This document shows, in pieces, positions 10,193 to 21,004 of a DNA stretch of 64,000 nt. Below the pieces are notes generated by a model. It worked only from the letters and a program-made list of their open reading frames with translations, was not told where the DNA came from and did no database searches. The number at the start of each line of letters is the position of its first letter. Position 1 is the first letter of the stretch. The position numbers and the translations under genes were made by a program. The stretch lies in IMG/VR virus record IMGVR_UViG_3300037067_009442, positions 29,721-93,720 of that record. One strand, given 5' to 3'. The DNA is from a virus. Taxonomy: Duplodnaviria; Heunggongvirae; Uroviricota; Caudoviricetes.

Positions 10193-12083
10193 GGGAGAAG
10201 TCATGTACCACCAAACTAGATTAGTTACACTGAGAGACTACTACGCGAAGTTGATGAACCGCGTGGTTCAATGGAAAGAGATCCTTGCCAATTGGCAACT
10301 CGGTACCAAGGACGATTCCGACGGATCATTCCGTGCCTTACAGGATCTTCACGATACTACTATGCGTAAGAGCGTGAAGCTCGAAGCACTAGTGGAGTTA
10401 CTACTTTCTCGCGGGATCATTCGACCCGAGGACTTGCTTGAGAAGCAGATCGAATTGGCAGTTCGCCTAGATCAGTCTCTTGAAGTCAAGTTCCCCGGGG
10501 TCAAGGTCACGGACTCTGGTATTCAGGTCGATGAGGACGTGTTTGAGAAGACCAAGATCGATCTTGGGTTCCCTCTCTAAGCAGCCTCTATAGCTAGTCG
10601 AATGACCTCAAGGATCCTACTCATTTCGGGATCCTTGGGGTCTTCTACTACCAGAGTTCCCTCACCGGTATCTGCGTGAGTCATGACATTGATCATTGAC
10701 TTGCAGTGCTCCTCTGTCCAACCGTCGGCGTCCCAAGCAGCCTTAGCCGCTTGGTTCTTGTAGACAAATACCTCTGGGTGGACATTGCCAAACAGATCCT
10801 TCAACTCGAGGACTTGAGTACCCACACCTTCGATGACAGCCTCAGTCCAGACTGTGAGGATGGCCTGGACAATCCTATGGGTCAGTTCCTCAATGAGAGG
10901 GCCCGCCTTGAAGGTAAGATCTGTCCCGCCTATCTGCATGTCAGATCCCCAGCTTCTTCCGCACGGTATCCAGGGCCTGCTGGTAGAGGACTTGAGTACC
11001 CGGAATGCCCACGGTGATGATGATGCTTACCATTGCTTGTAGTGGGTCTGAAGAAGGGACTATGAGGTACTTGTTGCTTGGGTTGGTACCTACGCCGGTG
11101 GCAGGGGTCCGAACTTCTCGAGGCTTCCTAGTAGTACGAGTAGGGACCTTACGGGTGGGTGAAGCCGCTAATCGCTTGAACCGACTTCGTTGGGATCGAG
11201 CACTGGCGGGGCTGATCTTCACTCCCTGCTCAGCGGCGTAGGTCAAAACAGCCCCGATTGGCAGACTCATCGTCTTCTGAATGAGCTCAGCTTTGTAGCC
11301 TACTTCCCCTGGTTGATGCGTTAGGGTAGGAAACTTGTGAGTAGTTGCCGGCATTTAGGTCATTCTCCGTTAATGTGGTTAGGCTAAGTAGAGGCAGGTA
11401 ATCAGATACCCCAGTAAAAGTCAAGAGAATCAGACTCCTACCCTACTCGACAGAAAGAAGTTGCTGATCCATAAGGGGTTGTGATAGAAGATGATTGATG
11501 GCTGATGACCTAGAAGAGTACTGGGGGGATGTGCGTCCAGTAAGGATGCCCTCTGAGACTAAGCCAAAGCTTAATACCAAGAGCGAAGCAAGTGAGCCAG
11601 CTACTATCTCAGCAGCTCTAGTAAGTCTAGCTTGGAGAGTAGGCTTACCTCTCGATGCGCCTTGGGTGGACATTAGGGGAGCCTTACAAGAGCGTGGTTT
11701 AGCCCCAGCCTACCTTGGGGAGGATTTACCTTTCTTTGATCCTTACCACCCAGAGCTGGGTCTTAGTCAGGCTAGGTTTGTTGGAGTAGACGAAGCTGAA
11801 TCGATGATCAAGGCTTTTGAGGAAGCTCACCCTGAATTCATGAGGACGGTAAGACTTCAGAAAGAAGAGGAAGCAGCGTTCGCAGACGTGGATGCTTTCC
11901 TTGACGCCAACCCCATTCTCGAAGAAATTATGTCATTACAGGGGGCCTACGTCTCTAGTATAACTACTAATTATGGCCCTGATGTTATAGTCGAGGAGCT
12001 TCCAGTTCAGTTTGAGTCTATTCGTTTAGGATCAGGTACTGAAGAACACTAGTATTTGACAGTGAATCGGTGTACAAGTGGCC

Positions 12084-13037
12084 ATGCCAAAAGAACTCGA
12101 CTGGGAAGAGCTTACGCTAGTCTACACAAAAGACGTAGGGCTTGAGATTTCCAGAGCTGGTCAAGAAGTACTGGATCACCCAAAGGCCAAGTCAATCCTC
12201 CTTGAGTTTGGGATCGATATGGGGTACCCGCTCCTAGTCGCAGCCCTCAAGGATGCTCCGGCCATATCCTCTTGGGATGAATTTGCCGTAGTTGAGCAGC
12301 TCAAGGGTTCTGTCCTTCGCAGTCACCCTGATAGTGAGTCGTTCCTGAAGCCCCTCGAGAGGGCAGCCTCTGAAGGTAAGTTCCTGATCTTTAGATTGCT
12401 TGAAGAACGAGCTGACGCTGATTTTCATCAGGCGATGATCGAAGCCTGTCACATGGGATGCACTGAGTTGGTTCGATACATCCTCAAGAGGGGTTTCCCT
12501 GGGGTTGATGTCTTGAAGGACAACTGTGCTTACCTACGAGTGGCTACTACCGCCGGAGGTGGTATTTGGGGCCCCAATAACGAACCTGGACCTACTGAAG
12601 TCATTGAGCTCCTTTTGTCGCTCGGATCAGACAAGAATGCCTGTAGCCCTACTGACAATACGGCAGCCCTATCTTCAGCTTGCCACTGGGGAAACCTAGT
12701 CAGCGTCAAGGTTTTACTCGATGCGGGTGCTGATGTGAATATCAATGAAGGGCAGCCGCTGCAGCAAGCAGGTAGCTACCCAACGATTACTCGGCTCCTC
12801 ATCGAACGGGGGGCTAAGAAGCCACCGATTGAGTACGTTGAACGTCTGGTAGGGTTGAACAGGTTCGATACCCTGAACCTGATCTTGATTGCATTTGGAT
12901 ATACGCCTGAAGAGCTCAACAAGGCAATGCTCCAAGCTTACGAAGGCTGGAAGGTCGTTGACACCCTCCATCAATTTGGTGCTACAGCGGACCCCCCTCC
13001 GAGGGTTGATCTGCACGTGGTGAAGGAAACCTCTTAG
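12084..13037 (+). CDS. Ankyrin-repeat protein
   Basis: ALSSACHWGNLVSVKVLLDAGADVN, ACHMGCTELVRYIL, ITRLLIERGA. Confidence 0.8.
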   Translation: MPKELDWEELTLVYTKDVGLEISRAGQEVLDHPKAKSILLEFGIDMGYPLLVAALKDAPAISSWDEFAVVEQLKGSVLRSHPDSESFLKPLERAASEGKFLIFRLLEERADADFHQAMIEACHMGCTELVRYILKRGFPGVDVLKDNCAYLRVATTAGGGIWGPNNEPGPTEVIELLLSLGSDKNACSPTDNTAALSSACHWGNLVSVKVLLDAGADVNINEGQPLQQAGSYPTITRLLIERGAKKPPIEYVERLVGLNRFDTLNLILIAFGYTPEELNKAMLQAYEGWKVVDTLHQFGATADPPPRVDLHVVKETS

Positions 13038-13039
13038 GG

Positions 13040-14269
13040 TTGCTCTCCCCTCAACTCTAAGTTATAATAGGTTTCCTTGATTTCTCTTTCTCACAAGATC
13101 CGGCTCAACCCTAATCGGGAGGCAATAATTTACTTGGCCAAGTCGGCCGGTACCTCAAGGTTTGCCTATAATTGGGCATTAGCTCGATGGAAAGAGAAGT
13201 ACCTAGCTGATGAGAAGCCTACGGCTTTCCGCCTGAACGCGGAATTCAACGCCCGCAAGGGCTCTGACTTTCCTTGGACTTCCGAGGTATCCAAGTACTG
13301 CTGCCAGCAAGCCATTCTTGATCTTGGTGACTCCTTCAAGAGGTTCTTCAAGAAACTCACCAAGTACCCTAGGTTCAAGAAGAAAGGGGTCTCTCGTGAT
13401 TCCTTCTACCTAGGGACCGATGTCATCAAGGTATCAGGGAAGTACCTGAAGCTTCCGAAGCTTCTTCAACCAATCAAGATGGCTCAGGAGATCCGATTCC
13501 CCGAAGGTCGGATCCTCTCTTGTACAATCTCCAGGGACTCAGTAGGGGATTGGTACGCTTCATTCTCGATAGAGATCTCAGAAGGATCTTATGTCTACCC
13601 GCACAAGTGCGAAAACCAAGCAGTTGTAGGGGTTGATCTAGGGATCAAGACACTAGCTACTTGCTCCAATGGTACGAAGTTCGAGAACCCAAAGCCCTTG
13701 GCTCGGGCCCAGCGCAAGCTCCGAAGGAGCCAACGTCGCCTTGCCAAGAAGGTGAAGGGTTCTAAAAACCGAGCCAAAGCGAAGCTTTTGGTAGCTAGGG
13801 TTCATCGGAGGGTAACCAGGATCAGGTTGGATTCAATTCACCAAATGACATCCTGGTTGGTCAAAACCTTCCGGTTCATTGGGATCGAAGATCTGAACGT
13901 TCGAGGGATGATCAAGAACCACAAGCTTGCACGGGCGTTAGCCGATGCAAGCTTCGGTGAGATCCGTCGACAGATTGAATATAAATCGAAGCTATCTGAA
14001 TCTCATGTAGTAGTAGCTGATCGGTTCTATCCGTCCTCGAAGAGGTGTTCCGATTGTGGAGAAACCCTAGAGAGGCTGGACCTATCCGTGAGGGAATGGT
14101 CGTGCCTCTCTTGTGGGGTCATTCATGATCGTGATGAGAACGCCTCGATTAATCTAAGACTCGTCGCCGAGAGGTACTCGGAGACTTTAAACGCTTGTGG
14201 AGAAGCTGTAAGGCCTGTGCAACGCCGCAAGGCGGGGCATAGGCGGGCTTCATTGAAGCAAGAATCAGT
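13040..14269 (+). mobile_element. Stand-alone tnpB element, copy 2
   Basis: TTGCTC-N17-TATAAT at 13040-13068; shared 3' end ...GAAGCAAGAATCAGT. Ends are approximate. Confidence 0.7.
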
Positions 14270-14294
14270 TCATCTCATGGGGGTTAACTCATGA
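13077..14294 (+). CDS. tnpB: TnpB RNA-guided nuclease, copy 2
   Basis: Same motifs with intact D-E-D triad; C-terminal half nearly identical to copy 1 at DNA level. Confidence 0.92.
   Translation: MISLSHKIRLNPNREAIIYLAKSAGTSRFAYNWALARWKEKYLADEKPTAFRLNAEFNARKGSDFPWTSEVSKYCCQQAILDLGDSFKRFFKKLTKYPRFKKKGVSRDSFYLGTDVIKVSGKYLKLPKLLQPIKMAQEIRFPEGRILSCTISRDSVGDWYASFSIEISEGSYVYPHKCENQAVVGVDLGIKTLATCSNGTKFENPKPLARAQRKLRRSQRRLAKKVKGSKNRAKAKLLVARVHRRVTRIRLDSIHQMTSWLVKTFRFIGIEDLNVRGMIKNHKLARALADASFGEIRRQIEYKSKLSESHVVVADRFYPSSKRCSDCGETLERLDLSVREWSCLSCGVIHDRDENASINLRLVAERYSETLNACGEAVRPVQRRKAGHRRASLKQESVHLMGVNS
14159..14289 (+). ncRNA. Putative omega/reRNA scaffold and guide (copy 2)
   Basis: As for copy 1, with a different downstream guide segment. 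Confidence 0.55.
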
Positions 14295-14313
14295 GACCTG
14301 AGTTCCGTCCAAC

Positions 14314-15063
14314 GTGATCCTTTCTCTTGAGGTACAGGAGGACACTCTAGTCCTCAAGGGTATTCGGGATGAGTATCGCTACCTAGGGTTCCTAGAGTTT
14401 GAGGGTGATGCTTTCCGAGGAGGGCTATCACCTTACGAGGCTCTTCAGGTAATTGTCTTTCCAAGTAGCACTAGGAAGGTACCCTCACCTAGAATCCTTG
14501 AGTTTCACGATGAAGCCAGAGATGAGTTGAACTCCTGGATCATCTCCAATATTCCCAACCTTGGAGCCCTAAGGGCTGTATCCAAGACTGTCAAGGATGA
14601 ATCACCCAGTACCCTTAAGGGGAAGTCCCTAGGGGAGAAGGCTAGGATGGTTAACGGGAGCTTCCTGACCCTTCCTGTCCCGGGTTGGCTTAGGGTAGGA
14701 CTCAAGCTTCGTGATAAGGCTTCGGGTGAGTTCTTTCGAGTCACTGTGGTGGGGCCCACTAAAATTGAGGTAGTCAACACCTGTAGGAAGATGCGACCTG
14801 CTAGTACCTTCAGGATCGTAGGACTACATCAGACCTTCTATGGTCTCGAGTACTTCGAGTGTGACAGCTGTCGACAAAAACCTGGGTCACCTACTCTCTG
14901 CTCCAATTGCTTAGAGCGTAGAACTGAGCATGGTAGGCTCAATTATTGTGAACTTCCTTCCTTCATTGACAGGGTGTACCTAGGGGGTCTAATCCCAGGG
15001 ACCTCTCGAGAAGAGATAGACGACTTCATCCCTACTCGATTCGAACGTAACGAAGTGGTTTGA
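14314..15063 (+). CDS. PTRFER-tag family protein with zinc finger
   Basis: CDSC...CSNC; ends IPTRFERNEVV. Confidence 0.75.
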   Translation: MILSLEVQEDTLVLKGIRDEYRYLGFLEFEGDAFRGGLSPYEALQVIVFPSSTRKVPSPRILEFHDEARDELNSWIISNIPNLGALRAVSKTVKDESPSTLKGKSLGEKARMVNGSFLTLPVPGWLRVGLKLRDKASGEFFRVTVVGPTKIEVVNTCRKMRPASTFRIVGLHQTFYGLEYFECDSCRQKPGSPTLCSNCLERRTEHGRLNYCELPSFIDRVYLGGLIPGTSREEIDDFIPTRFERNEVV

Positions 15064-16411
15064 CTATGACTGACACCATCAAAAACTTCATTAATCGCAT
15101 ACATACAAGACCGGTTATCACCTTCAGGTTGCTGGCAGAACGATTAGGGGTCCCTTACCTAGAGGAGCGAAGAGGGGAACGACGCCTAGGTCACCGGTTA
15201 AAAGAGGTCTCAGATGAAGAGGCCATCAAGCAAGGTCTTTTCCCTACTCGTCGATTTCGTTCTCCTACCGGGGAGATCCTAGAGACTAATGAGTGGCCAC
15301 CCACGAACTATGAACAGCTGACTGATGAGGTTTGGTCTCGTGATAACTTTCCCACTTCCTACAACACTATTCAGGAAGCGGTGCAGAAGTTACCCAATGG
15401 CATCAAGGCCATGTACTTCCACTTAGTGTCCCTGACTCTAGTCCTAGTAGCACCTGATGGGGAGTTAGTAGGGGTACGGAAGTCAATCTTCTGTAGTGAA
15501 GATGACTTTGCAGCCTTTGATGTACTGAAGAAGGTTACTACCCACTAATCTGGTTCTAGAAGAGTAGGGTATGAAATTCTGTGACCGCCATTGGATGACG
15601 CTCAGGGCCAAGATCTCTGAGTTCGGACTTGACTCCCTTGTACCTACCTCAGGAGAGGAGGCACATGCGAAGCTTGTAAAAGAGCTTCAGAGTGGATCCT
15701 CTAAGGGTACTTTTGATCCCCTGATGGCGGCACATAACGCTATTGTCAGCAATGCTCTTCATTCAACTGGATTAGAGTTGATGGTAGTATCAGAGGAGAA
15801 TACCCATCGATGCCCGATCTGCTTTCTACAGACCAGGCACGAAGAAGTATGCACCGAACCCGATTGCAAGTTCACCTATGAGGCTTGGATCACTCTGGCG
15901 GTAGAAGGTGCACTAGCTCAGGCCAAAGAGCTTGGGCTAGTGGGTATGTCTTAGATCCCGAGCTTGTGAGCTCCCGATGTGGACCGAGAAAGGGAAGCAT
16001 CCAAGCTTCCAATGGCCAACTTCATCGAACTGATCGGATCCACCTTCAGTTGAGTGTGGACTCCCACTGCCAACTCCCTTGTAGCTTCTGCGATCTGCTC
16101 AAGAGCTTCACAGATAGGGAGAAGGTTCGTCCTTACTTCATCGACGGACACCTCAAACAGTCCTCCGAACTCTTCAAATTGATTTGTGTACCTAGCTCTA
16201 CCCCCACCTACTGGAGTTAGGGCGGACTGAAAGGTAGCAGTCTGAGCTACCTCCAGGTGTGTGCTGATTGCCGACAATTGAGCTTGAGCCTTCGTTACCG
16301 CTGCAAGTAACTCGGGTAGCATCTTCTGAAGGTGAGCGTGACTTTGAGCTGTATTAGTCATAATAGACCCCCTGGTCCTCATTTACTGCCCCGATTACTC
16401 GAGGACTTCAT

Positions 16412-16445
16412 AGTAGATACTACGAGCTAACCCTGAAGATCTCAA
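16412..16445 (-). promoter_or_regulatory. Class-1 promoter (TAGTAT variant) ahead of a 10-codon uORF
   Basis: TTGAGA-N17-TAGTAT-N5-ATG at 16411. Confidence 0.65.
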
Positions 16446-17836
16446 CCGATAAAGGTCTCTGGAGATCAAAGTCTAGTTGCATGAGATGTAGGTTAGAACT
16501 TGAAGCCTGGATCATCCCCAGAGGTGAATACCTGACACGTCAATGGGTCAGGGTACGCATCAAAGAAGACTGTAGCTTTTGTAGCCCGGAAGCATAGGGA
16601 GTACTTGACGTGTCGTTTTCCACCTCCAAGCCTACCCGGGTAGTTTTGAGTCTCGAAGTCCTCTACGTTTGGATCATTGCGTAGCTGCTCGAGGAAGGCT
16701 TCGTGAGCTTGGTTTCGGAGCCGCAGGGCGAGCTCGGCCCCCTCAGTCCAAACTACCTGAGAGCGACCTTCCTCCGCTTCTGAGCTGGTTACTACCACGG
16801 CCCATCGGTCAACCTGAATGCTTTTCATGCAAGTTCGCTTTGCCTAAAAGATTTGACTTCTTGTTATTGAAGGGTCACGGTTCGAGTGCGCTTCTTACTC
16901 TAATTGATCACTTTAGGCTTTCCTTAAGAGTTTTGGTTTCATTCTTTCGACCAAAAAGCGAGGGTTACGACCACTCGCTAAATGCTCCCGGATGGGAGGC
17001 CTCACTTTTTGAGGTAAAGATATGCAAGTTGGCTGATTGTACACTAAAGTGAGAGTCACCGGTGTAGAATCCTTGCCAAGAATCGAGGAACTATGCCAGC
17101 TACCAAGCCAGCTACTAAGAAGAAGGCTGCACAGTCAAAAAAGGGGGCCGGAAGACCAAGGAAGGTACCTAAGTCAGCTCTATTGGACGGGCCCCTTATG
17201 CCCGATACCTCTCAGTCGACTCCACCTGAGGTCAGGGTCTTACTTATTGATACCCCTAAGCCCCCTGGACTCCAGTTGGTCCTAAGGGAGATTCAAGCCT
17301 TGGACGCCATAGTTGTGGATAGTAACCAAATACTCACTGCACATGGTCTCCCGCCGGTGATGAATCGAAACTGCATTGCCGGATCGATCATCCTTAATGA
17401 AGCTCGGAGGCGGGGTGTCTTTCCGGTAGTAGATAAAACGGATGATACCCCTAATGAGGTACTCACTCCGGACGGAAAGACAATTTCCTCAGCTGTACTT
17501 GACTCCAATGGGGATCGGTTATCGTGAATAACCTAAGGAGTCTCTTACTCATCATCACGGTGGAACTGATGAAGGTACCGCCTGACCTTCAAGATGTGAC
17601 GGAGGAAGTAGCTGACAAGCTTTGTCGCCTCTTTAGGGAGAAGGTACTGATCAGAGAGTCTTGCAACTTTGATGGGTCTTCAGAGTGGGTCATAGCGGTG
17701 CAATCCTACAAGACTCCTGAGGAGGCCGTTGCCTTGATGGACGAGTTTATTGAGTACTATTGGAACGTTCACTCCCGAGAACCGAAGTACAAAGAACTCC
17801 TCCCCACTGTAGAATTCCCCGCCTGAAAGAGTAGTC

Positions 17837-18382
17837 ATGAAAGACAGGGTAATCGGATTTGAAGCCGTGGAGATCATTGGAGTAGGTCTTGTCAACGTGA
17901 TCAAGTGCCAGTCCTGTGAGAAGATCATCAACTACAATGGTCACCTACCCCGGGTGTGTCCTCATTGCAATCAAGTAGTGGACAAGAGCTACTTACAGAA
18001 CTCTAGGAGTAGGTATACCCGACAGTTGATCGTGTCCGACTGGTTACTCAAGACCTTTGGTGAGGACTCCCTGAGCCGCCACAATCGAGCCCTTCGCTTC
18101 CTAGAAGAGGCTATCGAACTGGTTCAAGCGGAAGGTCTACTCATTGAGGAGGCTCAGAAGCTTCTTGAGTACGTCTACTCCCGACCGCTTGGGAGCCCTC
18201 CCCAAGAAGCCGGCGGGGTTGGTCTTGCCCTTCTAGCCTATTGCGAATCAATTGGCTACTCTGCCGATCACCTTGAGACGGATGAAATCGAGAGGGTCTT
18301 AGCTCTTGACCCTGATCACTTTCGCAAGCGACAAGCGGAGAAGATAGCTGCGGGAGTCGCCCCTGAGACCCCGAAGGAATAG
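17837..18382 (+). CDS. Zinc ribbon plus MazG-like all-alpha NTP pyrophosphatase
   Basis: CQSC...CPHC; RALRFLEEAIELVQ...QEAGGV (EExxE motif). Confidence 0.6.
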   Translation: MKDRVIGFEAVEIIGVGLVNVIKCQSCEKIINYNGHLPRVCPHCNQVVDKSYLQNSRSRYTRQLIVSDWLLKTFGEDSLSRHNRALRFLEEAIELVQAEGLLIEEAQKLLEYVYSRPLGSPPQEAGGVGLALLAYCESIGYSADHLETDEIERVLALDPDHFRKRQAEKIAAGVAPETPKE

Positions 18383-18572
18383 TCATGGCAGAACGATGTA
18401 ATCTTTGCCCTCAGTGCCGTTCACGTCAAGTCGAAGTGGTGACCGTCCATAACCCGGACACTCAGGACATGAACTCGAACGCTACCCTCAAATGCGGAGA
18501 GTGTGGCCACACTTGGGAGGATAGGGTTATGTCTGAGCACCACAGGGAGAAACGGAGAAGAGGTCTTGCTAT

Positions 18573-18923
18573 ATGACTCCAGCTGCCAAGCACTACCTCG
18601 ACTTCCTCTCTCTTAACGGCGAAGATCCTATCTCATTAGAGGGTATCCATAAGTCCATTGAGAGTCGGGTAGATACTCCTGAGGGTCGGGTAGAGTTGCT
18701 CAACCTTTGGCTCGAGTCAACTCACCTAGTGATAATCAACTCCAAGCGAAACCCCGAGACTCTCTTGGATAACATCCAAGAGGTTATTGCCTTCATTGCC
18801 ATCTTCAACCCTGAAGAGATGCCTATCACTCAGATGTGTGAGGTCTGGAAGGTACTCAGGGAGTTAGCGGAGTTGACTTACCCCCGCCCCACTAGATTTG
18901 AACACATCTTGAGAGGTGATTAG
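18573..18923 (+). CDS. PTRFER-tag family protein (triplet member 1)
   Basis: Ends RPTRFEHILRGD. Confidence 0.8.
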   Translation: MTPAAKHYLDFLSLNGEDPISLEGIHKSIESRVDTPEGRVELLNLWLESTHLVIINSKRNPETLLDNIQEVIAFIAIFNPEEMPITQMCEVWKVLRELAELTYPRPTRFEHILRGD

Positions 18924-18926
18924 ATC

Positions 18927-19367
18927 ATGGAGCCTCAATTCGAACGTTACATTGACTGGTACCTTGGTCTACAAGTTAGTGGTCCTACTAGCTTGAGTAG
19001 TAGGACCTTTAGGGAAATCGTTTCCGAGCACATTCAAACCAGAGTGGGGAGGCAGAGGTTAGTACAGAGTCTGCTTAACCCCTCAAGGTTGAGGATTCAA
19101 TCTCACCATCGGAGTGGGTTGAGAGTACAACCGCTTCGAAGGCATATCCTCGAGATTGAGAACTTCATCGCTATTCTCCCTGACAATGAGCGGTTCACTG
19201 CCCCAGTTCAGGAATTGAGAACTATCCTTGTTGAGCTGATAGAATTGCTTGACGTAGACTTCAATAGGCCTCGGGCTGAGTCAGTACCAAGTGATCCTGA
19301 GGTAGAGGAGTACGAAGGTCCCCGCCCAACTCGTTTTGAACGCCTCTTCATGGATGAGGACTCCTGA
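18927..19367 (+). CDS. PTRFER-tag family protein (triplet member 2)
   Basis: Ends RPTRFERLFMDEDS. Confidence 0.8.
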   Translation: MEPQFERYIDWYLGLQVSGPTSLSSRTFREIVSEHIQTRVGRQRLVQSLLNPSRLRIQSHHRSGLRVQPLRRHILEIENFIAILPDNERFTAPVQELRTILVELIELLDVDFNRPRAESVPSDPEVEEYEGPRPTRFERLFMDEDS

Positions 19368-19735
19368 TGGAACCACACCTCCAACAATACCTCGATTGGT
19401 GGGCTGCTTCACACCCTAAGTCACTAAGCGCTGAAGCCACTCTAATCACCATAACCCGAAGCATAGAGACCCCATTGGGAAGGGTCGGTTTGATTAATGC
19501 TTGGGTGAGCGCTGCTCGGTTTGAGATCAATCAAACCGCTCGGCCCCTTGGGAATAAGTACCCTCAATCACTGGTCAACCAAGCAAACCACCTCCTTGGT
19601 ATCCTGACACCTGAGGAGTTACAGAGCCAACCCGCCCTGAACCTACTGGATGCCTACAGGGTTTTGGTAGGGATATGCAATACCTACCCTGATACCAGAC
19701 CTACAAGATTTGAGCACGTCCTAGAGGAACTATGA
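19367..19735 (+). CDS. PTRFER-tag family protein (triplet member 3)
   Basis: Ends RPTRFEHVLEEL. Confidence 0.8.
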   Translation: MEPHLQQYLDWWAASHPKSLSAEATLITITRSIETPLGRVGLINAWVSAARFEINQTARPLGNKYPQSLVNQANHLLGILTPEELQSQPALNLLDAYRVLVGICNTYPDTRPTRFEHVLEEL

Positions 19736-20664
19736 TCACCAACGACGACAAACTTGAGATATTCGAGAGCTTCAGGATCGACCGTAAGCTCCCGAAGTAT
19801 GCAAAGCCGGCCTCGGTATACCGAACCTCCAAAAGCAAAGATGAGAACGTGGGGGAGGAGGACTGGGAGCCCGTGATGATGAATGGGTCTGGGGTGAACA
19901 TCTCCATCGGGGAGAAGATGGTCTTCGCTCCAGCTAACTTCAGAGGGGTCCTTACTACAGTTCAGGGACGGCCTGGTCTTTGGGCACAGAAGCCTGGGAT
20001 CCTTGGTTGGTTTAAGTACCTAATCTACCTAGTCACACATAAGAAAGAAGAGAAGGCAGCCGCTAAGGTACCTACAATCTCGATAGCGGAGTTCTTCGCA
20101 TCGGTGAAGAACTCAGTCCAAGAGCTCGAGCTGATTCAAGAGCGGGCTGCTGGCTATGAGAGGGCCATGGTTCAAGCTCAGAGCACAGGTCAGACTGCTC
20201 TACTAGAGAAGCTCAAGCAGGGCTTGGAGACCAACCGTAACGAGGGGCAGTTGGTTGCTATCGATAACCGGAAGTTCATCACCGAAGAAGACCTGGTACG
20301 GTTTGTCAAGGTGGCCAAGAAGGGGCTTCGATTGGATTGGGTGGGTAACTTTACCCGAATGATTCCTCCCGAGATTGTCGAGAAGAAGATCCGGATGGAC
20401 GAACTAGGGATCTTCGACAACTATGGAGTCCTTCACTACGACCCTGAAGCGAAGTCTTGGTCTGAGACCGAGCTAGAGAAGGCCAAAAGGATCCGAGACG
20501 CTAAGGATCCGATCCTCTTTGGTTTGATGGCCGGAAGTCGAAAACTATACTTCGTCGGGGACTGGGTTGACGAGCAATGTGACCTGACTCTAGAACAAAT
20601 TGTGGACCAATTGGGGACTGACGTGGTAAAGCTTCTGGAAGCTCCCAATGAAGATAAAAGGTAA
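19732..20664 (+). CDS. Hypothetical phage protein (310 aa)
   Basis: Long ORF coupled to its neighbours; C-terminal DPILFG...LYFVGDWVDEQCDLTL. Confidence 0.7.
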   Translation: MITNDDKLEIFESFRIDRKLPKYAKPASVYRTSKSKDENVGEEDWEPVMMNGSGVNISIGEKMVFAPANFRGVLTTVQGRPGLWAQKPGILGWFKYLIYLVTHKKEEKAAAKVPTISIAEFFASVKNSVQELELIQERAAGYERAMVQAQSTGQTALLEKLKQGLETNRNEGQLVAIDNRKFITEEDLVRFVKVAKKGLRLDWVGNFTRMIPPEIVEKKIRMDELGIFDNYGVLHYDPEAKSWSETELEKAKRIRDAKDPILFGLMAGSRKLYFVGDWVDEQCDLTLEQIVDQLGTDVVKLLEAPNEDKR

Positions 20665-20995
20665 GGCTTTCGTCTCCGGTCCCTATAGTGCTGCTACTCC
20701 GGAAGGTGTAGCAGCTAACGTAGCTGCGGCTGTCAAGGTGGCTCAAGATCTCACTAAGCTGGGTTGGGTGGTGATATGCCCCAACTTCCAGTTGAACCCT
20801 CTTGCTGAACTTCAGGGCTACGACTTCTGGTTGGAGGCTGCGTTACTCCTACTAGGTGACTGTGACATCATGGTTATGGTCCCTGGGTGGGAGGTTTCAA
20901 GCGGAGCCAAGAGAGAACGAGCTCGGGCTCTAGTCCTTCGTGTTCCGATGTTTGAGACCATTCAAGAAGTGGAAGACTTCTCAGGGCGTAAGTAA
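20648..20995 (+). CDS. DUF4406 / nucleoside 2-deoxyribosyltransferase-like protein
   Basis: FVSGPYS...VICPN...LLGDCD..VMVPGWEVSSGAKRE. Confidence 0.75.
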   Translation: MKIKGKAFVSGPYSAATPEGVAANVAAAVKVAQDLTKLGWVVICPNFQLNPLAELQGYDFWLEAALLLLGDCDIMVMVPGWEVSSGAKRERARALVLRVPMFETIQEVEDFSGRK

Positions 20996-21004
20996 GGTAC
21001 CCTG

